From assembly GCA_038065675.1 (NCBI GenBank), contig JBBTQM010000025.1, positions 1 through 38,691 of the forward strand: a DNA stretch of 38,691 nucleotides, given 5' to 3'. Positions 8,182 to 15,626 of the stretch are shown piece after piece. Within the stretch, counting starts at the first letter, position 1. Every line of letters starts with the position of its first letter. The stretch is from Patescibacteria group bacterium. GTDB taxonomy: Bacteria > Patescibacteriota > Minisyncoccia > Phycocordibacterales > VMEP01. Position numbers and translations under genes: made by a program. The notes beneath the pieces were generated by a model. That model made no database searches, was not told where the DNA came from, and worked only from the letters and a program-made list of their open reading frames with translations.

Positions 8182-8477
8182 TATATTACCGCCGGACGGA
8201 TGATTATACTTTGTTCGCTTACGGTGCCGAAAAAAATATAAAGCGAGACGATAATGGCAAGCGCCGAAAAGGAAACAAGGACGTAATTCGCTTGAGTTCC
8301 GGTTTTAACTAGACCACCGGAATACATGACGACCCATTGGACCATTTTTGGCGAATCTTCAATCGGCGAATGAATTTCCGTCTGGCGCGGTTCTTCGAAC
8401 GAGGGGCGCGACCTGGCGCCTCTCAGTGCATCGCTGAAATCGATAGGTTTGTTGTCGCCATTTGGCATTTCTGTCAT
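8181..8477 (-). CDS. Hypothetical small membrane protein upstream of and overlapping the pilin gene
   Basis: 98-aa ORF with a C-terminal TM helix. Stop overlaps the pilin start. No motif recognised. Confidence 0.35.
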   Translation of the reverse strand: MTEMPNGDNKPIDFSDALRGARSRPSFEEPRQTEIHSPIEDSPKMVQWVVMYSGGLVKTGTQANYVLVSFSALAIIVSLYIFFGTVSEQSIIIRPAVI

Positions 8478-8590
8478 TATACTCCAGCGCCCGATAACCG
8501 ATAAGATAAACCGTCCGTTGTTTGACCTCGCCTCTCTTAATGATATTATTTAATGGCATAGACAATATTTAATAAAATAACAGCAAAAAA

Positions 8591-9547
8591 TTGATAATGA
8601 GCAAAAAATTGATAAAATCGGGAATTTTGGGGGTTTTACTATTGCCTTTCTTCGCTTTTGGCCAAACGGCGCTCCCAAGCGCAGGGCTTACTCCGGAGAG
8701 CAATCTTTATTTCTTCGACAGGCTGGGGGAGACTATCCGCGAACTTTTGACCTTCAGCAAAGAGGGAAAAGCGCGGCTTGAAATTTCTTTCGCCGCCGAG
8801 CGCATTGCCGAAATAAAAGTCGTTCTTGAAGAAAAAGGAGTGTCCGCGCCCGGTCTTGGGGTTGCGCAGGCGCGCCTAAGCGAGCACCTTACGGCCGCAT
8901 CTTCAATCATCAGCAAGAAAAAGGCGGCGGGGGAAGACGTAAGTTCCCTTTCGGGCGACCTTGATGACGAGCTTGAGGACCAAAAAGATGCCCTGGAAAA
9001 AGTTTTTGAAGATAAAAAGCGCGCTCTTGAAAGGAAAGAGGAAGATTTGACTAAAAAATTAAGCGCCGCCAGAAAAGCAGGGGACACGGTGCAGGTTACC
9101 GCCCTTCTTTCCGAGATTGCCGCAGTTAAGGCGGAGAAAAAGAATTTTGAGGGAGACAAAGAAGAGCAGAAAAAAGAATTTGAAAAAGCCAAAAAGAATA
9201 TAGAAAAAGAGGTAAACAAAAAAGAAAGAGCCGAAAAGGCGATTGCGGAAGCGGAAAAGGAAAAACAGGAGGCGATAAGCGAGGCATCTAAAAAGGGAAT
9301 TGTCCTTGCCGCGGATGCGTTCGCGAAATTTGACAGATTATTGGCGCAAGCGAAAGAGCTTTTCGCAAGGGAAAATTACCAGGGAGCGAAACAGCTGGCG
9401 GAGCAGGCGGAGGATTCAATTGAGGAAGAAGACGAAGATGAGACGGAAGATAATGACGAGGGCGACGCGGAAGACGACGACAAAGATGATGATGGCGAAA
9501 AAGACGATTTGGACAAAGCTCTGGACGAAATTGATAATAGGGATTAA
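8591..9547 (+). CDS. Secreted coiled-coil protein, DUF5667-like N-terminal motif, acidic C-terminal tail
   Basis: Signal peptide (LLLPFFAFGQTA). LTPESNLYFFDRLGE resembles the DUF5667 signature. Long KE-rich coiled coil. C-terminal D/E-rich tail. Confidence 0.5.
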   Translation: MIMSKKLIKSGILGVLLLPFFAFGQTALPSAGLTPESNLYFFDRLGETIRELLTFSKEGKARLEISFAAERIAEIKVVLEEKGVSAPGLGVAQARLSEHLTAASSIISKKKAAGEDVSSLSGDLDDELEDQKDALEKVFEDKKRALERKEEDLTKKLSAARKAGDTVQVTALLSEIAAVKAEKKNFEGDKEEQKKEFEKAKKNIEKEVNKKERAEKAIAEAEKEKQEAISEASKKGIVLAADAFAKFDRLLAQAKELFARENYQGAKQLAEQAEDSIEEEDEDETEDNDEGDAEDDDKDDDGEKDDLDKALDEIDNRD

Positions 9548-9575
9548 CCGATAATGTAATCTCCCAAAAATCACC

Positions 9576-9602
9576 CGACAAAGCGGGTGATTTTTGATTT
9601 AA
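9576..9602 (+). terminator. Rho-independent terminator (aaaatcacccg-acaaa-gcgggtgattttt)
   Basis: Perfect hairpin plus T-run just after the 8591-9547 stop. Confidence 0.7.
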
Positions 9603-9618
9603 CTTTTTGACGGTGTAT

Positions 9619-9656
9619 TTTAAAAATAGCTCGAACTGTATTCCCTCGCCGCGCAC
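9619..9656 (+). repeat. 38-bp direct repeat, copy A (ttaaaaatagctcgaactgtattccctcgccgcgcaca)
   Basis: Identical copy at 10599-10636. Flanking ~100 bp is also homologous with indels, including tttggcggcaaattct at 9797-9812 and 10697-10712. Confidence 0.8.
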
Positions 9657-9754
9657 AGCGCGGCTCGGAATGGGCGGGCGGGCAAAATGAATTAAAAAGC
9701 CGAGAGCATTAACAATTTCAAGTTTTTATTGAGTTAAGTATAACTCAATTCAGT

Positions 9755-9794
9755 AGATTTTTCAATTAAAAAGAATTGAAAAATCTACTGGCTT
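9755..9794. repeat. Perfect 17-bp inverted repeat with 6-nt spacer (cagtagatttttcaatt aaaaag aattgaaaaatctactg)
   Basis: Read directly from the sequence. Lies inside the duplicated junction segment upstream of the GC-rich cassette. Confidence 0.7.
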
Positions 9795-9827
9795 TGGCGG
9801 CAAATTCTCGCTCTTTGAATTTATAAA

Positions 9828-9880
9828 AACAAAAAACCTCGCACTCGACGAAGCACGAGGCTTTCTGTCGGTGCGAGGCG
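9828..9880 (-). terminator. Minus-strand terminator for the 9888-10412 gene
   Basis: The reverse complement gives cctcgcac...gtgcgagg hairpins followed by tttttt. Confidence 0.5.
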
Positions 9881-9887
9881 TGGCCGT

Positions 9888-10412
9888 TCAGGCCGGTTCG
9901 AGAGATGGGTACAGCCCGGGCTTTTTCAGATCGATCTGCTCGAGCTCCTCGCGTGTGGCAACGACGAGTGCGGCTTGCCGCGAGTAGTTCTTCTTGGAGA
10001 GCCAGAACGTGTAGCGCAACGGCATACCTTCGAGAATGAGCCCCGGGCGAGTGACCTGGGAACGGTCCCAGCCACCGAACATCCCGTCCGAATTGAACGG
10101 GTCGTCGGTACGAGTCGGATCGAAGTCGCCGTAGTGGATGCTGAAGCTCAGCTCACTTCCCATCACATGGAGAATCTGGTCGAGGTGGGTCGTGCCGTTG
10201 CAGCTCTCCATGCTACCGACACCGTGTCCGGCAGCACTGATCTCGTCAGCGGTGTACCCTTCGCGATCTGCCACGAGTGAGAGACAGACTTCTTTCGTCA
10301 GCTCCTCGGACGACTCGATGAGGAATGCCAGCACTCGCTTTGAGAGTTCGGTTCCGTTCTTGGCATTGAAGATCATGTACCTCAACGCCGATATCTGCTT
10401 GGATGTAAACAT
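9888..10412 (-). CDS. Hypothetical protein; markedly GC-rich, likely horizontally acquired single-gene cassette
   Basis: 174-aa ORF with GC far above surrounding DNA. Own terminator. Bracketed by 38-bp direct repeats and a duplicated fragment of the neighbouring HIT gene 3' end. Confidence 0.55.
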   Translation of the reverse strand: MFTSKQISALRYMIFNAKNGTELSKRVLAFLIESSEELTKEVCLSLVADREGYTADEISAAGHGVGSMESCNGTTHLDQILHVMGSELSFSIHYGDFDPTRTDDPFNSDGMFGGWDRSQVTRPGLILEGMPLRYTFWLSKKNYSRQAALVVATREELEQIDLKKPGLYPSLEPA

Positions 10413-10598
10413 CTGAAGACCTCCCTTTCAATGTGCTATTTAACCAAGACACCATGTCCCAGTTTCATCGAATATCGCACGTCTAACTAAAAAGGTCAAG
10501 AAGCGGCATTTAGCCGCTTCTTGGAAAAAAAATTGATGAAAAAATTTCTTTTGCCCTTACAAGATATGGTTCGAGCAGACGTTTTTGGCGGAGATATA

Positions 10599-10636
10599 TT
10601 AAAAATAGCTCGAACTGTATTCCCTCGCCGCGCACA
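10599..10636 (+). repeat. 38-bp direct repeat, copy B
   Basis: Identical to 9619-9656. Confidence 0.8.
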
Positions 10637-10679
10637 CTGGCAATTTTAAGTTTTTAGCGGGTAAAGCCCGCTAGCGAAA

Positions 10680-11207
10680 TCATAACTGATTTTGTTCTTT
10701 GGCGGCAAATTCTTTCTGAAAATACTTTTTCATTTTTTCCATTGCTTCATCCACTTTTTTCAAATTTTCTGGCGTCTTCATGTGCTCTCGGGCATACTCC
10801 ATAATCGGCCTAACTGATTGGATTTTTCTTCCGAATTTTTCCATAAGCCAATCATGGCGAGGAAACATCCAAATATGAAAGTGGTGCGAGGTGTCTTCCT
10901 CTTGTATTAGATAAATAACTTGAACATTGCACGCGTGTCTCATCGTCTGCCGTAAACGGCACAAAAATTCTATGAAATCAGTTCTCTCGTCTGCCGTAAA
11001 TTCATCTACGCTTTGCAAATGCCGCTTGGAAGCGAGAATAACAAAGCCAGGGATAGGGATTTCATAATCTTGGTGTGCGTCAAAATATTGCGTTGATGCG
11101 ATAGAACCGCCTGGACTTTCTACTTCGCCTTTTTGAATAGCACAACCAAGGCAACCGAGCTGCTTCTTTTTTCCTTTGATATCAATAATTTCTTTTTTCT
11201 CGTCCAT
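10680..11207 (-). CDS. HIT-family (histidine triad) hydrolase
   Basis: CLGCAIQKGE...PGFVILASKRH...IQEEDTSHHFHIWMFPR parallels the HIT pattern (C..C..I..GE...P.H.LViPk.H...HLHLHviPR). Start chosen at the internal Met to avoid overlap with the upstream gene. Confidence 0.7.
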   Translation of the reverse strand: MDEKKEIIDIKGKKKQLGCLGCAIQKGEVESPGGSIASTQYFDAHQDYEIPIPGFVILASKRHLQSVDEFTADERTDFIEFLCRLRQTMRHACNVQVIYLIQEEDTSHHFHIWMFPRHDWLMEKFGRKIQSVRPIMEYAREHMKTPENLKKVDEAMEKMKKYFQKEFAAKEQNQL

Positions 11208-11208
11208 A

Positions 11209-11616
11209 TTATTTTTTCGTTTTGATGATAAGTTCTTTATACCCTGTACTTTCGTCAAACTCCCTACCAAATTCCAAATCCTCTATTTCACCAATAGCAA
11301 TTTCGGCGGTTACGCCGACTATGGAACCATCTTTGAGATGGCCGCCAAAAGTTTTTCCGTCTTCGTCCGAAAGGCAAACGTGAATATGGCTATTACCCGT
11401 TTCAACCGTGCCGACAAGCGATACAATTTCAAAACTTCCTTCCCACGTTTTTATTACCCTTGCGTTTGCCATTCGCAAAATTGCTTTCGTGAGATTACCT
11501 ACGCAAGTAAGAATTATGCCCGCGCGAATGTTGTGCTCACGAACATACTTGTCAATTTCCTCTCTAAAATTTTGGCCCGGACGAAGCCGGAAAACGTGCG
11601 TTTTCATAAAATTCAT
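11209..11616 (-). CDS. PPC/DUF296-domain protein (predicted DNA-binding protein)
   Basis: FEIVSLVGTV....HIHVCLSDEDGKTFGGHLKDGSIVGVTAEIAI matches the PCC-domain consensus (fEIlSlsGt...HlH.sls...G...GGHL..G..V..T.EVvi). Confidence 0.7.
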   Translation of the reverse strand: MNFMKTHVFRLRPGQNFREEIDKYVREHNIRAGIILTCVGNLTKAILRMANARVIKTWEGSFEIVSLVGTVETGNSHIHVCLSDEDGKTFGGHLKDGSIVGVTAEIAIGEIEDLEFGREFDESTGYKELIIKTKK

Positions 11617-11645
11617 CTCAACAATTTTTCAATTTCCTATAACTG

Positions 11646-11708
11646 GCGGAGATGGGAGTCTGCCTGCCGCCTGCCTGTGCGTACACGCAGACAGGGCAGG
11701 CAGGGATT
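11646..11708. repeat. Copy of the tRNA-Ser 3' end core (cggagatggga), followed by a GC-rich CCTGCC/GGCAGG hairpin
   Basis: The 11-mer cggagatggga at 11648-11658 is identical to the 3' end of tRNA-Ser (13879-13889) and to 13722-13732. Confidence 0.5.
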
Positions 11709-11770
11709 CGGTCACGCATAAAATTCTACTGTCTACTGAATTTTTGCGCGACCCCGAGTCGCGCCGCCGC

Positions 11771-11855
11771 GCTCCGTCTTTCGAATCCTCCATCGCCGAC
11801 CACGACGCTTTTCCAAAATACCCATTCAGGATATTTTGAAAAATCGTAACGGAGA
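11771..11855 (+). repeat. 85-bp direct repeat, copy 1
   Basis: 83/85 identical to 13643-13727, covering the core ttcgaatcctccatcgccgaccacgacgcttttccaaaatacccattcaggatattttgaaaaatcgtaacggaga. Confidence 0.85.
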
Positions 11856-11957
11856 GATTATAACCTTTGCGCGAACTTTTTTCGAGGGGCGATGACCCGC
11901 CCCGCCGCGCGTACCACTTTGATGTCAAAGGAATTTAAATCATGGTAAAATAGCAAG

Positions 11958-13484
11958 ATGAAATACAAAAAAGGTTTTGTTGCTAATCTGCTAATTTTAG
12001 TAGTTTCGGGTATAGTAGTTTTAAGTGCAGGTTTCTCCTTTCTATATTATCAGAGTAAAAAAGATTCTATACGCCAAGGAAAAGCTATTGACGAGTTAAT
12101 TGTAAAATTAAATACTGGACAAAAAATAGAAGAAAATCAGATCAATAAGACCAACGAGAACTTGGGTCGTACCCCAGTTTCACCAACAAAAATAATACCC
12201 ACCAATTCAGTTTCAAACTCACAGCAAGGAAAAGTTATTGACAAACCAGTTACAAATCAACCTGTACCAACACCGGTAAAGACTACAAATTTACAAAATC
12301 AGTCAATCACATTTCAGCTACAGAGTGAGTTTTTAAAGAATGAGCCCATAGCTCAACAAATAGCGTCAGGGCAATTGAAGCAATATGATATAAGAAAATA
12401 TAATTTCGTATTTCTATCCATAAATAATGCGAATAATGACGATTTCGCTTATCGTTTTATTAATGCAATAAAAATGACAGGACAAGTCGTAGGCTCGGTC
12501 TCGAGTCACATAAGTGGTCAGTATGTTTCAGAGGATCTGCTCAACAGGTTTCAGTTGTTTTGGGGTTTTTCTGCTTCTCCCTATATAGAGGCTCTTGTCC
12601 TAAAAAAAGTTGATTCTATTCTTGCATCTAGGGAAGCTGAAGAAAAAAATGTTGCTATAAGTTTCCCGCTCTATAAATACTTTATCGAGGCACCAAAAAA
12701 CCAAGAAAGTAAGACGCACATTGCTTATTTACTAGCGCAAACCTTCAGGGAACTTCCTAGTAGTCTAGTTGTATGGAGCGAACAAAATTTTAAGAACTAT
12801 CTCTCACGACAAAGGACAACTGCTTTTTTAGACGATGGTTATGCTAATAATTATAAATTTTGTGAAATTTTTATATATGAAACCATAGGAGATATGTGCA
12901 CAGTGACAACAGCTTCCGAGAAGGTTGTTGATGATTTTATGACAGCAGATGTTAATCTTCATGAGTATGCACATTATCTTGATAGAAATTTACATTCTAG
13001 AAATCCAAACACCTCTCAGGGATTAATTGATACGACCGAATTTTATAGTATCAGTTACGACATCAATCAGAGAGATTTAAGACCAGGAATATGGCCATCG
13101 TATAAATTAAGAAATCCAAATAACAAGAGAAATGAGTTTGTAAGCATATATGCGATGGGGTGGGGTACCGATGACTATGGATACAAAAGCTCGGGTGAGG
13201 ATTTTGCTGAATCATTTGGAATGTACGTAACCCAAGGAAAAGCGTTTAGGGCGTTAACGATAAATAATTCAGTCCTAAAACAAAAATACGACTGGTTAAA
13301 ACAAAATGTTTTTGGTAACGTGGAATATCAGAGTGGTGCCTCAGACGCAATCGAACATACCAAAAATTCTTTTGATGCAATAACAGTTGCAACGGGGGTA
13401 TTTAATGTAAATGGTATTACAGAATCATATCCTAATTTTGTATGGAACTATCAATTTCTGAATGGCTCAATGGTTACAAAATAA
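11958..13484 (+). CDS. Membrane-anchored, secreted HExxH zinc-metallopeptidase-like protein; very AT-rich
   Basis: 508 aa. N-terminal TM/signal anchor. Low-complexity Q/N/T/P linker. HEYAH motif (NLHEYAHYLD). Downstream acidic GEDFAESFGMYV. Confidence 0.55.
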   Translation: MKYKKGFVANLLILVVSGIVVLSAGFSFLYYQSKKDSIRQGKAIDELIVKLNTGQKIEENQINKTNENLGRTPVSPTKIIPTNSVSNSQQGKVIDKPVTNQPVPTPVKTTNLQNQSITFQLQSEFLKNEPIAQQIASGQLKQYDIRKYNFVFLSINNANNDDFAYRFINAIKMTGQVVGSVSSHISGQYVSEDLLNRFQLFWGFSASPYIEALVLKKVDSILASREAEEKNVAISFPLYKYFIEAPKNQESKTHIAYLLAQTFRELPSSLVVWSEQNFKNYLSRQRTTAFLDDGYANNYKFCEIFIYETIGDMCTVTTASEKVVDDFMTADVNLHEYAHYLDRNLHSRNPNTSQGLIDTTEFYSISYDINQRDLRPGIWPSYKLRNPNNKRNEFVSIYAMGWGTDDYGYKSSGEDFAESFGMYVTQGKAFRALTINNSVLKQKYDWLKQNVFGNVEYQSGASDAIEHTKNSFDAITVATGVFNVNGITESYPNFVWNYQFLNGSMVTK

Positions 13485-13642
13485 ATTATCTTAATTTATT
13501 CTAGAATAACTGCATATACCCCATAAGACGGTCAGATTATGTACCGTATAATTATTTATTTTTAATGCGCTAGCGCCAGACAATAAACTTTGCGCGCGTC
13601 CCCTGAAAAAAATTCTAAAAAGGAAAGGGAAATTTCTGCTCG

Positions 13643-13744
13643 GCTCCGCCCTTCGAATCCTCCATCGCCGACCACGACGCTTTTCCAAAATACCCATTCA
13701 GGATATTTTGAAAAATCGTAACGGAGATGGGAGGATTCGAAGCT
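13643..13744 (+). repeat. 85-bp direct repeat, copy 2, extended by a 17-nt copy of the tRNA-Ser 3' end (att-like)
   Basis: Copy 2 runs on into ggagatgggaggattcgaa, which matches the tRNA-Ser 3' end (ggagatgggaggatttgaa) with one mismatch. A third, ~65% identical copy lies at 13808-13878, abutting the tRNA. Confidence 0.8.
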
Positions 13745-13878
13745 TACAGCTTCAGTACAGGTTTTTGATATTTTGCTTCGCAATGCTCGCAAAATATCTA
13801 AAGAACCTTTTCGAATCCTCCCCATTCGCGTAATGATAAATTGCGCAGAAGCCATTCAGGCTTCCTTTCAAATCATTA

Positions 13879-13965
13879 CGGAGATGGGAGGATTTGAACC
13901 TCCGATAAGGTTACCCCTATGCCACATTTCGAGTGTGGTGCCTTCAACCACTCAGCCACATCTCC
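13879..13965 (-). tRNA. tRNA-Ser (anticodon CGA), long variable arm
   Basis: Reverse complement GGAGATGTGGCTGAGTGGTTGAAGGCACCACACTCGAAATGTGGCATAGGGGTAACCTTATCGGAGGTTCAAATCCTCCCATCTCCG. Anticodon loop CTCGAAA. Confidence 0.8.
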
Positions 13966-14167
13966 TCGTTTAACTCGTCGTTGCGGCTGAGTGCCTCCTC
14001 GGCACCCCTATGGCCTGCCTCGCGCGCCGGCATCGGCCATTTCCGCCTCAAGGCGAAATCGGGATGAAATATGAAGCAGTTCATATTTCATAGCCACATC
14101 TCCAATTTAATGCTTAAAATACTAGCATTTTGAGAAAAAAATGCTATATTTCTTACTATTCTTCTTG

Positions 14168-14239
14168 GCCCTATCGTCTAACGGTTAGGACATGAGCTTT
14201 TCAAGCTCAGAATCGGGGTTCGATTCCCCGTAGGGTCAT
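14168..14239 (+). tRNA. tRNA-Glu (anticodon TTC)
   Basis: Acceptor GGCCCTA/TAGGGTC. Anticodon stem TGAGC/GCTCA with loop TTTTCAA. T-arm CGGGG-TTCGATT-CCCCG. Confidence 0.8.
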
Positions 14240-14378
14240 ACGTCGCAGGAAAGCAGGCAAACTGCTTTGCCTGCGGGCGACGTATGAAGCCGCAGACATA
14301 TTTCGCTAGCAAGCGAAATGGCGAGGCGGGGTCGCGAGCACTTACGTTTTCTGGCGTGCAAGAAACGCCAGAAAACTT
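14240..14378 (+). other. Cluster of three consecutive perfect hairpins downstream of tRNA-Glu
   Basis: 14240-14286 is a nested palindrome (tacgtcgc...gcaggcaaa-ctgc-tttgcctgc...gcgacgta). 14301-14321 is atttcgct-agca-agcgaaat. 14345-14375 is gttttctggcgt-gcaagaa-acgccagaaaac. Confidence 0.6.
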
Positions 14379-14424
14379 AGTGACTTGTGACCAGATAAAT
14401 CAGCAGGCGAAGCCCACAAATTAA

Positions 14425-15012
14425 ATGACCACTGACAACCTAAAATTCGAGATTGGATTTTGGCATCCGTTCGGGGATCATGCGGACGAAAAAGCCGAAG
14501 ACATCATAAAAAGAAAACAACAGGAAATAAAAAAAACAGGGTGGACACTTTGGTCTTTCCAACATAGAACCAAAGAAACTTTAGAACGATGGCTTAATGA
14601 AATAAAAGAAAAGGGGCCTTGTAATGTTTTGGTATTTTGCTCCAACGGCAAAGGAAGTAACACCAAGGGGACTCCACGGCACTGTAATTACTATCTTCCA
14701 ATCGGAGAAACAAATCCTAAAGCCATTCCAATAACAATAAAAGTCCCGCATCCCATGAAAAAAGGAACAGCGGGGTCTGCTTTTATCGTTAAAAATATTA
14801 AATACGCGCCTGCCCATGAAGAAATACAGGTGGAATGGTTTTATAGTGGTCAATCAAGGTGGCAAAAAGATAGAAGTTCTACTAGGGGAGAGCACCTTAT
14901 ACGACGGGACAGTTCGGGTAAACCCTTAAGGGAGTTCCGCGCTGTGCTTGAGCTTCAATCTCCTTATCTCGCCGAAGTTGGCGAAACAGAAATAGAAGAT
15001 CGTGACCAATAA
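14425..15012 (+). CDS. Hypothetical protein (no recognisable domain)
   Basis: 195-aa ORF in the accessory region between the tRNA cluster and the KAP NTPase. Confidence 0.5.
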   Translation: MTTDNLKFEIGFWHPFGDHADEKAEDIIKRKQQEIKKTGWTLWSFQHRTKETLERWLNEIKEKGPCNVLVFCSNGKGSNTKGTPRHCNYYLPIGETNPKAIPITIKVPHPMKKGTAGSAFIVKNIKYAPAHEEIQVEWFYSGQSRWQKDRSSTRGEHLIRRDSSGKPLREFRAVLELQSPYLAEVGETEIEDRDQ

Positions 15013-15069
15013 GATTAGAAGGCAAAGCCTACCTTGTGTCAATTTTTGGGAGGGTGTAAAGTTTGGGGT

Positions 15070-15594
15070 ATGAGACTTGTATTTCTCCTCTCAATTTTGT
15101 TTTTAAGCTTTCCCCCTTTGCTTTCGTATGCTCATCCAGGGCGTACCGACGTCTCCGGCTGTCATACATGCAGAACAAATTGTCCGAATTGGGGATTGGA
15201 TTACAGCGAATACCATTGCCATAACGCCAAGGCCTTGCCGCAGCCAATGGAACCAATTCGAAGTCATTATGGAGAAAGTGGAACTGGAACGACTGAACCA
15301 TGGCCGGAATATAAAAATACTCCAGTAGCACCGAAAAAACCTGTTGTTGCCCCAGTTCCCTCGATGACACTTTCCAGCATCACTTACTCTCTAGCAAAGG
15401 GCATGGAGAACAATCAGGTCATAAGGTTACAGCAGATTCTCGCCCGTTATCCTGAAATATACCCAGAGGGTTCAATAACGGGTTACTTTGGTCCTGCAAC
15501 CGAAAGAGCCGTCAAGCGTCTTCAAAAGAAATATAACCTGGAGCAAGTCGGTTCTACGGGGCCAAAAACTAGAGTATTATTAAATTCTTTGTGA
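15070..15594 (+). CDS. Secreted protein with N-terminal Cys/His-rich motif and C-terminal peptidoglycan-binding (PG_binding_1-like) domain
   Basis: Signal peptide MRLVFLLSILFLSFPPLLSYA. HPGRTDVSGCHTCRTNC...YHCH metal-binding-like motif. C-terminus LQQILARYPEIYPEGSITGYFGPATERAVKRLQKKYNLEQVGSTGPKT resembles PG_binding_1. Start set at the internal Met. Confidence 0.55.
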   Translation: MRLVFLLSILFLSFPPLLSYAHPGRTDVSGCHTCRTNCPNWGLDYSEYHCHNAKALPQPMEPIRSHYGESGTGTTEPWPEYKNTPVAPKKPVVAPVPSMTLSSITYSLAKGMENNQVIRLQQILARYPEIYPEGSITGYFGPATERAVKRLQKKYNLEQVGSTGPKTRVLLNSL

Positions 15595-15626
15595 CCACGT
15601 AAATTGAGTCGGAGTAAAATACCTGT

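Noticed and set aside
8707-9219. 170-aa minus-strand ORF and 9288-9656(-) and 9300-9554(+) ORFs
   Set aside because: Antisense or alternative frame of the KE-rich coiled-coil gene. Low-complexity repeats generate long open frames on both strands.
10656-10674. Hairpin tagcgggtaaagcccgcta as a terminator of the HIT gene
   Set aside because: On the minus strand the hairpin is followed by an A-run, not a U-run. It was therefore not called a terminator.
11408-11928. ORFs 11408-11839(+), 11629-11928(-) and 11652-11849(+)
   Set aside because: Overlap the PCC gene, the GC-rich hairpin and the 85-bp repeat copy 1. No coding signal.
13491-13855. Minus-strand ORFs 13491-13697 and 13562-13855
   Set aside because: Span the 85-bp direct repeats and tRNA-end copies; repeat-derived open frames.
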